A stretch of DNA of 63,792 nucleotides, counting the filler, from Basidiobolus ranarum (lineage: Eukaryota), in assembly GCA_040143965.1 (NCBI GenBank). It is 2 parts of 2 records of this genome, joined end to end, with 100 filler letters (N's around TTAATTAATTAA, not from the genome) between each part and the next. Parts side by side here need not be neighbours in the genome. Positions count along the whole stretch, not along the records: positions 1 to 31,871 come from JASJQH010000086.1; positions 31,972 to 63,792 come from JASJQH010000087.1. The stretch is one strand, 5' to 3'. Made by a program: the position numbers and the translations under genes. A model generated the notes under the pieces. The model saw nothing but the letters and a program-made list of their open reading frames with translations, ran no database searches and was not told the origin of the DNA. Shown here piece by piece: positions 27,425-39,694 of the stretch (within the stretch, counting starts at the first letter, position 1; every line of letters starts with the position of its first letter).

Positions 27425-28180
27425 AAGGTTGATGGTAGCCTTTCACCTATGCATCACCAATAAACGATCCCATTTATTTTATCGTCTCACCTTCTAAGCC
27501 CTTTCACTCAGATCACATGTTCCTCTAACAAAACTTGAAAATTTCGTCGATACTGTTATTCACATAACTAGATTTTCTGATATTTTGAGTAGGACCAAGT
27601 TGCGAATGTTTTATGTTGATTGGAAGTTTTCCACCGTTACTAAAATACGATCATATATGACGAATTCTCTTGAGCTTTCCTATTGATTCTATCCGAGGTT
27701 TTCATCTATAGTAAGTGCCATAGACTTGGTCATGGCGTGTGGTTAAGTGGTGAACAGTAGTGTTTCGATGCTGTCACACTTTGAGTTAAAGGGAATAGAA
27801 GCAAATTCGACCTATGCTGCTTGTGATTTTCTTTCTAGTCAATTTGGCATTCTATACGTTTCGAATCAATTTGCCACTAATGGAATTGCGTGTCAATTTT
27901 TTTCAGTGCTGATAAAGTGCTTTGTTCTGCCGATATTCAGAGCTTTATATATTACATAAATCTAGTGTGGTGCTAATAATATGACCAACCACTTATATTG
28001 AGCTAATGTGGTTTATATCATCCATGATTTAGCATACTTTTTTCGATGCAAAATTTGATTCCATTTTTATCGTTTGTGCTTATTATGGGCTCATATTTAC
28101 CTTTTGTATAGGAATGTCAAATTGTGATACACTCATATCTGCAAGACAACTAGAAAGAATTGATGGTTTTCACTTATTGA

Positions 28181-28710
28181 GTGGAAAGTTGACGTTTATA
28201 GTTTTGTCAAGAGGTAAACAAACAAACGTGTAGAATATATTAAGGAAGGTCCCAGGAGCATGGGTGTAAATTTGGGGCCTCTAGGACAAGTTTGAAAAAT
28301 CTCTATATCTGAGAACTTCCGAGTCGGTAAACATATTTAAAGTAAATTCCTCTTGAGAATAGTCAGTGATATCTTGGTTCAATATGGAATAACTAAATAC
28401 TAAGCTATATATGACGATATAGATGTTTAGCCTATGTTAATTTCAGCAGTATATACAGTAGAAAGTTGACATTTATACTTTTGTCAAGATGTAAGCAAAG
28501 TAACATGAAGAGTGTGTTAAGGAAAGTCCCAGGAACATGTGTCCAAAGTTTGGGGCTTCTAGCACAAGTTTGAAAAATCTCTATATCTGAGAACCTATAA
28601 GTAATTCCTCTGGAGAATAATGGGTGATATCTTAGTTCAATATAGGATAACTAAATACTAAGCTATAGGTGACTATATAGGTGCTTAGGCTACGTGAATT
28701 TCAACAAATT
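28181..28710 (+). repeat. diverged tandem pair of a ~277 bp unit (dispersed repeat family)
   Basis: Copies start at ~28181 and ~28458 and share ACAAGTTTGAAAAATCTCTATATCTGAGAAC and ATAACTAAATACTAAGCTATA. Copy 2 has a ~20 bp deletion. A third, inverted copy lies at 63641-63792. Confidence 0.9.
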
Positions 28711-30049
28711 ATATTCAATTATTTTGAGCCGTGGTCTGTTAATCCCTAACTTAATGTATTGTGTCTATTGTAGGAACTAAGGGTTGCTAGAGCTAATTGC
28801 TCTATATTCTCTCTACCGTCAATGTGATGTTCATTGACCTAAGTCATGCAGTCAAACCTAGATTGTATATTGCATTGAAAATCGATATTCATACTTATGT
28901 TGAAAATAAAAGAAAATGCCAGAGTTGAATTGTAAGGGAGCTAAGGAGGTTGGGGGAATGGCTATTCTGTGAATATTTTGACTTTTGAAATATTAGATAA
29001 ATTAAATATGAAATTCAAATATTTTGATAAATTTACTCATATTTTCCTGATATTAGAAAAAATACTTTGCTTAGGAAATATTGGATACTTTCATCATTTC
29101 TCGATTGTTGAATCTTTGCTCCAAGCTAATGGTCCTGAGAGAAAAGAGATTCCCAAAATGAAATAAATATTCGAGATAAATCGAGAGTGTTTAAGAAGAG
29201 CACAAGCCATATCCAATTTGCACTTAATCTTTTATTAGATTCAAAATAAGTGTTTACCTATATGCTTGAAACATAGACAAATCACAATTATGTGTGTTGC
29301 CACGGGTGGTGGGAAAAAATGTGGGTTTTGGACTAGTGTGAAGTTTTATAATAGACGATACAACGTGAACTTCAATATTCAGTGTTCAATCAATAAGCAT
29401 AAATATGCTATATGATTATCAGAGATAACTTGCATCTAGGACATTAAAAGAGGTCTTACAATTGATGCCTTTTTTCTTGAGTAATTTTTATACGCATACA
29501 CTGCTATATATGGTGGAGAGTTAGTCCGCCTTGTCTATGCCATATTGCTTTAATAATAAGCTGGTTGTATGAGCTAAGCTAACCCTAGGAAAATTCCCCA
29601 ACGTGACGAAACGTGCCAATATCATCAAAATTACATTGTTTTATTATTATATTGATAGGTGCATAATATGTCGACTTGATAGTTATGAGTAGAGTGTTTC
29701 ATGTATGGCTTATCCTAGAGCACTGAGTACAACTTTACGGGTCATTTGATATGTTCCATTAACCTTACACATTGTAGATATCTCTTCTAATTATCTCAGA
29801 AAGGTACAAACATAGTACCATATAAATAATGGTATTTCCAAATTAATTTTAATCTGCTTCTTGCTTTTATTGCGCTTCAAATCCCTGTATTGCACATATA
29901 TATATGGCTGTCCACAGGGATATTAACATGCAGTCATAGTATACTTATTATTCGCTCTGTTCCTCCTAGTATTCATGTACACTTCATATATATTCTGGCA
30001 AACTCATCACACCGCTAATAATCAATATCTTCCACAGATTGAAGCCTTA

Positions 30050-31580
30050 CAGTCCAGTATCTAGGTATTTTACTATTATGCATACCCTATGCATTGTTTA
30101 TATCTGGATGATTGTACTAATTGGAATGATAACACGAATTCATTAGATGCACTGACCACATTACAGAGAGCAGAATTTCTAGACTTGTACAAAACCCTTC
30201 AAATAGTATTATCCGCTCTGTCAAGCATCCTAGAGATCAATCCCTAAGGAGACGCTTGCTCTCATGATATTGGGAACTATATTTCAACCGATTGAGGACC
30301 AATTAAAAGTCCAAGCATCTAGTACACGACTTTTGGAGAGAAGCAGAGTAGCAAAGCCAACTACTCACTTTCAAATTTACAGAATGACTTGAAGGTGAGT
30401 TTTCCATTGAGCTATTTACCACCAAAGAATTATCCATCAAGCTTGGGTAACTCACTTTGAGATATATAAAGAATACAAAAGTTTAGAGAACTCCATTTTT
30501 CTCAGGTATTCGGTCATATAGCTTGGTTTAATGCAATAGAGGTGGCATGTTCTACGCACATTCAATAAATATGGAAAGTACCTCGCTCTTCCTGACTTGT
30601 CCAAGGATACAAAATTCTCGCGAGATATAGCCAACTAATAACCTAATACTACGCTAAGATGATGAGGTGAGATTTTTATGATTCTAACATTTTGCTTGTT
30701 GGTAAATAAAACGTAAAGATAGTGAGAATCAAATACTGCGAGCGATAAAAATGGATGTGATACAGATTGGAACATTGTCCTGGGAAGATTCGGTAGTTGA
30801 CTATTTTGGTGGAACAAGTTGGAGTTAGGTCTAGGATTAGGATACTGATAATCTAACTTGGTGAGATAAGGGTTGGATCATTCATGGTGTGTTAATATTA
30901 TTCTCACGTGCAATGCCTATCCATCTACACTGGATCCAAAATGGATGAGGTATCCTTTTCGTTTCGGGATTTCCCTATACCTAACAGGCTCCAATGGGTT
31001 TTATGACAAACCGCATTCTGGTCGAGGCGCATCTAATATCGTAAAAGAATAGTATTCGAGGATATTTGGACAAGCAAAATATATAATGCTACTTCGTATT
31101 TTCTGATCATCGTCAGCTGAATTATGACCCGTTTCAAGTATCCGGATGACCGGAACGAGATACCACTTCATTGCTTATAATATTGACAGAATCATCTATT
31201 CATGGAACAGGCATGCACCTTCTCTCAACCCGAGGAAGTCTAGTTTAGCCTGAAATCATCAACAGGCAATTTTTTGGTAGTAGGGGCTCAGTAGATTCGC
31301 AACTTCAAGCGAGGGGTGTGTAGACTTCGGCTCAAGAACCCGTAGCAGGAATGGGTTACTCGATGTAATGGCAATTACTTCGCTCACTCGTCGGCAATAG
31401 AAAATGGGTGCCAACTATGGAAGGTTACCTAAATTACCAGTATGCTGATTCCACAACCTTAGCTTAGTTGGGTATCTGTGAGTTTGGGCAAATCATTCAT
31501 ATATGGTGTGAACAATAATTATCATGCAGTGCCAGTATCAGGCACATTGATATATGGTGAACGAAGTTATTGGTATACGT
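30050..31580 (+). pseudogene. possible heavily decayed carbon-nitrogen hydrolase (apolipoprotein N-acyltransferase-like) gene
   Basis: AIENG motif at ~31394-31408 (cf. RAIENG of Lnt) amid broken reading frames; no intact ORF. Confidence 0.2.
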
Positions 31581-31871
31581 AACACTTCAAATCACACCAG
31601 ATATCCATCTTTGTGTTAATTTGGCTCTTTTAAACCAAAGTACATGAGGTATAGGCGTATACTCGATATTTAGGCAAGAGGCGGAAAACCCCTACGAGGC
31701 AGAGCGCAACTTCTACAAACATACCTAACTGTAGATACACAGCGAAAGTAGGTTGCTTGAAAATATTGTTCCGGGTGGTAAAGGCCAGGTGGGCCGATTC
31801 GCTGATGAATGAATATGGTTGGAGTAAAAGCTGATCTGGCTCATATAGGACATTGGAAGGATGCCGCCTCT

Positions 31872-31970
31872 NNNNNNNNNNNNNNNNNNNNNNNNNNNNN
31901 NNNNNNNNNNNNNNNTTAATTAATTAANNNNNNNNNNNNNNNNNNNNNNNNNNNNNNNNNNNNNNNNNNN
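31872..31970. other. assembly gap / artificial contig linker
   Basis: N-run with embedded TTAATTAATTAA (31916-31927), which places stops in all six frames. Confidence 0.97.
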
Positions 31971-32884
31971 NAATCTACCCTTGATACCTGTGTCGGCAAT
32001 CATCTAAAGATTCTTGGCTCCAGAGTTATCGGCGCAATTGATGACAGCACCAACTGGGAGACCGAGAGACATACGGAACTTGTTACCAGAAGCTCCTCCG
32101 CGTCCTAAGAATCGAAAGTAATAGTGATATCATTAGTGAATTGTCTTTCAGAGTATTGGATATCTATTCGTATATTCATTCATCCATCAACAAGTTACAG
32201 ATATTTCTGAAGTATAAACATCTCTCTCTTGCAGGAATACATGGGCAAAGCAATGTGAGCAAGCTAAATGAATATTCTACATACCGCGCTTAGACATATT
32301 GATACGGTAAGTGGTGGAAAAAGAAGGAAGTCTTTTGAAATTAGTGCTCGTTTTGTTCTTGTGTGAATCCTCCTGTCAAAAATTTCTACCGGTCACGGGA
32401 TATCAATTTTTTTCTTCATAGTACTTCTGATTCGCAAGTATGTTAGTGAGTATTTAGATCTCACAATTTAGACAAATATCAAGTTCACTGATTAAATTAC
32501 CATCCATCAGAGCTACTTGCTAAATCCATCACATTTATGAAATAGCCTGAATTTCCCTTTATTTCCGAGATGTCACATTGGTGATACACGAGATGTGGCT
32601 AATTTTCTATCACGCGCATGTTGTACAAATGGATAGTAAAGTTCTCTAACCGCGTGAATCCTGTGGCATTTATTCAGTGCACTCAGATACAAGGACAATA
32701 GCCAAACTGCTTATTTAAGTAGGAGTCACTCTAGAGTTAACTGAAATATCCAAGAGTTGAAAGAAGATTTTATTGTTTTTACCGGTAACATGATGTGATT
32801 GCGATATCTATTGTATGCAGTTGGTTAATTATACGTAAATATGAAAAGAGTGAGATCAAAAGAACATGGTTGATGGAGGTTTGT

Positions 32885-34718
32885 TTACAAAATCATATTG
32901 ATGGGGTTTTCCATGTAGAATTTAAATTTGTTCAAGAAATCTCCAGCAATGGCGGCATCCACAACACGATCATCAATGCTGAGGTTAACAGTCATGACTT
33001 GTCTGGTCTTCAAGCTACCATTAACTGGTGCATTGTAGGAGAATTTCGCCTCACCTGAGAGGTAATCGAAGACATCAGGTTCAGCGTTAGGCTCGACAAC
33101 AGAGCTGAATTGACTTGATGTGCTAGACTCTTCATCTTCAATAACCTCAATCTTGGTACCACCAACCGCCATAATACAGGCTTGGGGAGGATTGATGATG
33201 GCAGTGAATTGACCAATGCCATACATACCCAAGTTAGAAATACTGAAAGAACCACCTTGATATTCATTAGGCATCAACTTTCCAGCACGTGCTTTAGCAG
33301 CCAACTCTTTAACAGTCTTGGAGATGTTAGTCAAACCACGTTGATCGGCATTTTTAACAATAGGTGTAATAAGACCAGTGGGAGTGGCGACAGCAATGGA
33401 GATATCAATGGAATCAATACTCTCTCCAGAATCCTTCGCGGAGTTGTAACGAACGTTAAGCTCAGGAACATCTCTTAGAGCAAGGGAAGTGGCACGAACA
33501 ATAAAGTCATTGACAGAAACACTAATTTGGTTGTTCTCTTTCAATGTACGTCTGAGCTTGCTAATTTCATCAACAACGATATCTCTGGCGACATAGGAGT
33601 GTGGCACTGTAGATTTAGATTCAGACAGTCGTGAAGCAATAGCCCGACGCATGTTGGTGACAGGAACATCCTCATAAGCTGCGGATGGATTGGGTGAAGG
33701 TGCTTGAGGTGCTTTGGAAGCTGCTGGAGCCTTCGATTCGACCTGCGGTTGTGCTTTTGGTGCATCAACCTTGATAAGTCCGAGGAAACCTAAGACATCA
33801 CCTTTAAGAATATGGCCCTTGGGTCCAGTGGCAGGAACTTTGTTAATGTCACTGATTTTATTGTTGCGAACAATGTGGGCAACAGCTGGGCTCAAGTAAT
33901 TATCACGATCGCCAGTGGAGGAGGCTTGGGAAGTAGCAGGGGCTATATCCAAAAGTTGGATAAGTTAAGAACGTGGCAATTACGAAAATAAATAAATAGA
34001 CTACCTTCAGTTGGAGCAGCAGTTGGTTTCTCGGCTTTAGGTGCGGGGGAATCAGAAGGAATATCAATGCTACTAATGTCATCACCTTCCTCAGCCAAGA
34101 GAGCAATTAGAGAGTTGACAGCAACACCTTTGGTGCCAGTAGGGACCTAAGCCAAATTAAGTTCAATAAATATACTCATACGAATAATAGATTTTCACAC
34201 GTAGAGCATATAGCTACGACTATTTGTTAACAAAATTTAGGATACATACGAGAATTTTGGCTAAAATACCGTCATCCTGTGCTTCGATTTCCATTTGAGC
34301 CTTATCGGTCTCGATCTCAAGAATGACTTCACCGGCTTCTAGCTTGTCACCTATGAGTGGAGGATATATATGTATTTATATACAGAAAGGTGAACTTAAT
34401 ATCGATATGAACAAACCTTCATTCTTCTTCCAGTTAGTGATAGTTCCCTCAGTCATGGTAGGTGAGAGAGCGGGCATTAGCAACTTGGAAACAGCATTGC
34501 TAACGGAGGAATTATGGAAGCCTATATAATCAAGTTATCAGAAAAGAGTAAATAAAACTATTCACGAAAAGGAAATAACGTTTAAAAAGAGAGAGAAAAC
34601 GAAAATGAAATATACTAAAATTAATAGCACTGAAAGTTTACGTACTACGTCTAAGAGCATTTCTAGCCACGCCAGAAGAAGTCAAAGAACGGAAAACACC
34701 AGAGCGAATACTGAACAT
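32885..34718 (-). CDS. PDX1: pyruvate dehydrogenase complex protein X / E3-binding protein
   Basis: Mitochondrial presequence, lipoyl domain ([21 protein letters not shown]), PSBD ([14 protein letters not shown]), and E2-like C-terminal domain whose catalytic DHR is replaced by DDR. Confidence 0.85.
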
Positions 34719-35785
34719 TGCGAGTAAAGGGTAAAGAAAAGCAAGCAGTTGACAAATGAATTTTATTTTCAACAAGTCCTCACTAATGATATTGATGAAG
34801 CTATAAATGATAATCAACGTGGTTGGTCGCACTATATCTCTCAGATACCGTTGTACCTAGTTAGATACCCCACATGAGCTTCAACTTTGAATTTAACTTT
34901 ACCCAACAGCATATATTTACAAAATTTTCAGCCTTAGATCAAATCCAAAAAGGGGAATAGATTGGATAATATCTGAATATATTATGAGCGACAAAGTTGG
35001 TAGAGAAATGGTAAATTAACGAAGATAAACTGAGCCACCGAGCCACAATGAGAATGATTATCTCCCTTTTCCCGCAACTAGGCCGAGCTGTTCCGAAAAT
35101 GAAGCATCAGTGTGGCTTGAGGGAAATTTCGGATCTGTATGATTTTCAAGGTTCAAAGCAAGGAGTAAAATACCGAAGATATAAAATCACACTTGGTTCA
35201 AATATCTTTATTCTTCACCATCAGTTGAATTGTCTTTGCTCTTACAGAAGTCAATCATTGAATTGCCGGCAACTAGTCAATAATGAGTATTTCATTTATT
35301 TAACTCTTACTCTACATATCTATTGCTAGAGACTGTGTTTGACCATCTGTTACTAGCTTTTGTGTGTTATGCATTGTAACTTCACACTAGTTATTCAGCC
35401 AACCTAGTATTTTACAAGTTAGTTTACTTAGCATAATGATGAGTTAGTTTAGTTACCACAATAAACAACCGATGAGCTGAGTCTTGTTTAGCATGAATGT
35501 GTTGTACAAATTAGTGTCCAGGGCCAAATTCAAATCAATAGAAACCAATCATTAAGATGTTTAATATTACACCGAAGCAAAGGCAGTCCCTCCTGAATTC
35601 ACTACTTCAAAATTACTGGTGAAGTTTAAAATTACTATGATGAGCTGAGTATGAGTCGACTCGAATTGAATCAAACTATTAGGGAGGATAACATTAAGAC
35701 CCTGAGTAGGTTAGCACATACACACTTTTACTCCGACCCCTTTCTCTTCTTTCACTAAACTTCTACTCGTTGACAATTTTTAAAA

Positions 35786-38700
35786 ATGGACTTGGAGTCC
35801 AACGCTACTGGAATTATAGAATGGGTATATACAAATAATTAACAGCGCTTACGTATTAAATAAACAACTTAATTTTTCTTTTTGTTTTGTTTTTACTTGA
35901 ACTTAAAGGTCAACACATTCGGCTCTATTACTCGTAAAGCTGAAACCATTTCCGACTTTTCTGATGGGATTTTATTATGGGAGGTGCTTGCTGAGATGTA
36001 GGGAAAAATTTCCATTTAATTTACTGAAAATGGCCACAAATTCATATTCTACTTAACTTTTAGCGATCCTCAGTGGTTTAAACTCATCCGTTCGGCTGAC
36101 GTTGGAGATAATTGGGTTCTAAAGTTTAACAATCTCAAAAAATTATACAAATTAATTACTCGATACTACGAAGAGATCCTCGGCCATTCATCTGATTTGC
36201 TAGATGCCCCTAATCTTACTTCAATTGCAAAAGATGGGGAAATAAACGAAACCATGAAGCTGGCTTCACTTATCGTTGCTTTGGCGGTTCAATGCGAAAG
36301 TAATGCTATTTACATTGAAAAAATTCAGTCTCTCACACAAGAGGCTCAGCATGCTTTAATGCTAGCAATTGAACAGGTACCCTTTATCTTACCATAAAAA
36401 TATCTCGTAAAGACCCCTGTGTTTAAGCTAAGTTTCACCAGGTTATGAGCAAACTCGGAGATGAGCAGGCTGCAGAGAAAGCGGAAAACCCTCAACTTAT
36501 TGCGTAAGTAATGTTCATCTAAATGTGGTACTCTTCTCTAAGGGTCTTGGAATCTAATTACTTCAACGTAGAGATCAACAAATCCTTGAATTGGAGGCTG
36601 ATCGGGCTCGTGTGATAAACGAACATGAAGAACTTAAGCATAATTATAATGAGTTAATGGAGGATCATAAGCAGCTTGAGTACAAGATTGTAGGTACTTA
36701 ACGAGGTCTCTCGAAAAGGTTCATTCACTTACATTGCGAATTTTAGGAGGATTTGACTACAGAGAAGAGTGACCTAACGAACAGATTGAGAGATCTTGAA
36801 CAAGTTGCTGCAAGAGCCGATCAAACTGGCAAAGCAGATTTTTTGATGAGAACTGAAATCGACAACTTAAAGCAGGACTTGTAAGTAGCCTGATATGCAT
36901 ATTGCCACTAGCTCTATTTATAATGACAATTTTTTCATCAAATCTAGGGAGCGGGCAGAAACTCAACGACATGAAGCTGAGATGCTTGCCAGTCAACAAG
37001 AAACTCTCATTAACGATCTTAATCGCAAGGTTTCAATTCTTTAAAGACATTCTATTTAATCGCATCTTTCGCTAACTAGTTGATTAGCTTGAAGATAGTT
37101 CTAAGAAAGCTGACGAAGCGACCAAATTGAAAGACCAATTGCAGGAGTATAAGCATGCTGCTGAGAAACTACAGAAAACTGAAAACGTGATTGAAAAGTA
37201 CAAGAAGAAGCTGGAAGAGAGTACTGATCTTCGAAAGCAAGTCAAGGTGTGTAATTTGATGGTGACAAAATGAAGAGATTTTCGTCGACTAACATCATTT
37301 TCTAGACTTTAGAAGATCAAAACAAGCAATTGGTTGAGAGGAATCATCACATCGAAGAGGAGTATCGTAAAGTTAGCCAGTTTAAAGCCTTAATGGACTC
37401 TTACAAGGATCAAATAGCAAATATGGAAAGTAAAAACAATCTCCTAGTCATCGAGAAAAACAAATTGGAGTTCGAGTTCGGCAAACTTAAGGAGCAATAC
37501 GATATGCTTGAGTTGGAACGCAACAGTGATAATGAACAACTTCAAGTTCTTGAAGATAGACTACGAGAGCTAGAGCTTGGCGGTAATTGTTCATAAATAT
37601 TGTTTTAAATTAGGCTTTAATCCTAATACCTATTCCATTCTTTAAGGTGGAGGCCTTGGTCTTGAGCTCAACAGAGCCCACAATGGAGATGGTGATTTGG
37701 AGGCACCTAGTCAAGGTCTCAGTGAAGCGTTAGCTGAGTCTAGCGCCACCGAGCTGTACGTGTTGATATTAGTCCTCAAACCAATTTATATTTGGCACTA
37801 ATTGTTCTTGTTTAGTAAACTTAAAGTAATGCGTTTGGAGCGTGAAGTGCAAGCCATGCATCAAACCAGAAATGATCCTGGAAATGCTCAACAGATCATT
37901 TTGTTAGAAAACCTGTTGGAGGATTCTAACCGCATGAAGACCAAATTTGAACAGGTAAGATTCGGACGTTCAACCTCTATTATAGTATCTTTGAACTGAT
38001 TTTTGCCATAGGATTATCTTAAAGCTCACCAACAGAACCTTATTCTTGAAAACGAAGTGGATCTCTTGAGAGCTGCTTCTGGAGACGATCCTGACCGGTA
38101 AATACATTTCATGTCATCTTCCGAATAGTCAAATACTGATACATTGTTGCATCTAGTGCTGCTAGTGATTTTGCACTTACTTTGAGGATGAAATTGAATG
38201 ACTCGGAGAAGGAACTTTCTGAAATTAAAGAGAAGTCTGCTGCAGCAGAAGCCAAACTGGCAAGTATTGAAAAAGAGCTTGTCATTGCCAAATCGGACCG
38301 TATCCTTCATGCTATGAATAAGCTTGTTTACAATCAAATGCTGTTCATTTGTTATTCTTAATTGTGTTTATAGTTAATCTGGTTGGAAAAGACAAATTGG
38401 ATGCTTTGGCTGCTATACGCGAAGAAGCCGGTGCCGAAATCAATAAGCTTCAACGGGAATATGATGCATTGGTCATACGAAATCGTGAACTTGACGCTGA
38501 AAACAAAAAGCAAATGCTCCAAATTAATGAACTCCTAATCGAAAAAGACTCGGTTCAAACACAGAACATTCAAAGCAAAGATATCCTACTCGAGAAAGAG
38601 CGCATTAATAGGTATTGTGGAAAGGTCTGCCTAAGTAAGAGTTCATTGACCATAACCGAATGTTTTTATTTCAAGCGAACTTAAGGTGACGCTAGCGGCT

Positions 38701-39358
38701 TTGGAGAGTAAGAATAAAACGGGTGATGCGGAACCACTTAAGAATCAACTACTTACTGAATCCCAGAAAAATCTGAAGCTTCTGGAAGAAATTGACAAAA
38801 AGAACAATGATATCAACATGTTCTTAGCTAAATTGAAAAAAGCTAAAGAGGTAATATTATCCATCGATCATCTTACGTTATACATTTGTTGATTCTAATA
38901 TATTGCAGTATATACGCCATCAAGATTACAAGATGAAAATGCTCAAGGAGAAGGCTGAAACTGTTCCCAAGGTACACTTGATGATTCTAGCACCTTGGAT
39001 ATATTTGCAGATGTTTAATCTTTTGGATGATATTTAAAGATGAACTACGAAGAAGCTCTCACTTCTCTCCAAGCCGAACTTACCAATCGTGACAAGGAAG
39101 TTGGCAGATTAAAGGTATACCAAACCCAGTAAACTGAGATATATTTCTTGGGTTATTAACAACGTTGCATCTTGTATTTAGGCCATGGTCAATGAAACTA
39201 GAGTACAGGCCAAGAGGGAACAGCAACTTATTATATCTGCTTGGTATGATCTGGCAAGACGTGTTCAACGAGATGTTGCCGCGCCGCAAAGAAACGGACC
39301 AACTTCATGGTTGGGTCAACAAAGACGTACACTGGATATCCCATTGAAAAGGCGTTAG
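35786..39358 (+). CDS. HOOK: Hook-family dynein adaptor (HookA/Hok1-like)
   Basis: N-terminal Hook domain (EWVNTF, DFSDGILLWEVL, NWVLKFNNLKKLYK), long coiled coil, C-terminal REQQLIISAWYDL; many introns. Confidence 0.88.
38300..38373 (+). other. U12-type GT-AG intron in Hook
   Basis: 5' splice site GTATCCTT, branch-like TTCTTAAT ~11 nt before AG. Removal restores SDLNLVGKDK in frame. Confidence 0.7.
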
Positions 39359-39694
39359 CATAATGGACTAGTCGATGCTTAGATTATTCTTTATTTTTCT
39401 CACCCTTGAATTGTCGATTAGTTATAGTTGAATCATATACCTCTGTAGCATAATAACCTCAAGCTGAAGATTATAACTCCAAATATTTAAACTTATCGCT
39501 ATATTTAATCCAACCCTCTTATCCTAATCTACAATATACGCACCTGGTTGAACATTTATCTTAGCAAGTACTATGATTAGGAAGTGATGCAAATGCTGTA
39601 TACTTTATTTGTTTTAGGTGAATGCACGAGATATGTGAGGGTAGTGGATGGGAATGATATATGGCAGGGATGAGAGTGAAATAGAAATTAAAGC

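Noticed and set aside
28181-28710. CRISPR-like array
   Set aside because: Only two long, fully homologous units with no unique spacers; eukaryotic context.
29290-29337. Helitron 3' end (GTG..CACGGG hairpin followed by CTAGT)
   Set aside because: The hairpin is weak, the spacing to CTAG is too long, and no 5' end or RepHel sequence was seen.
36377-36441. U12 intron in Hook (GTACCCTTT donor)
   Set aside because: Mismatch to RTATCCT and a U2-like GCTAAG branch site.
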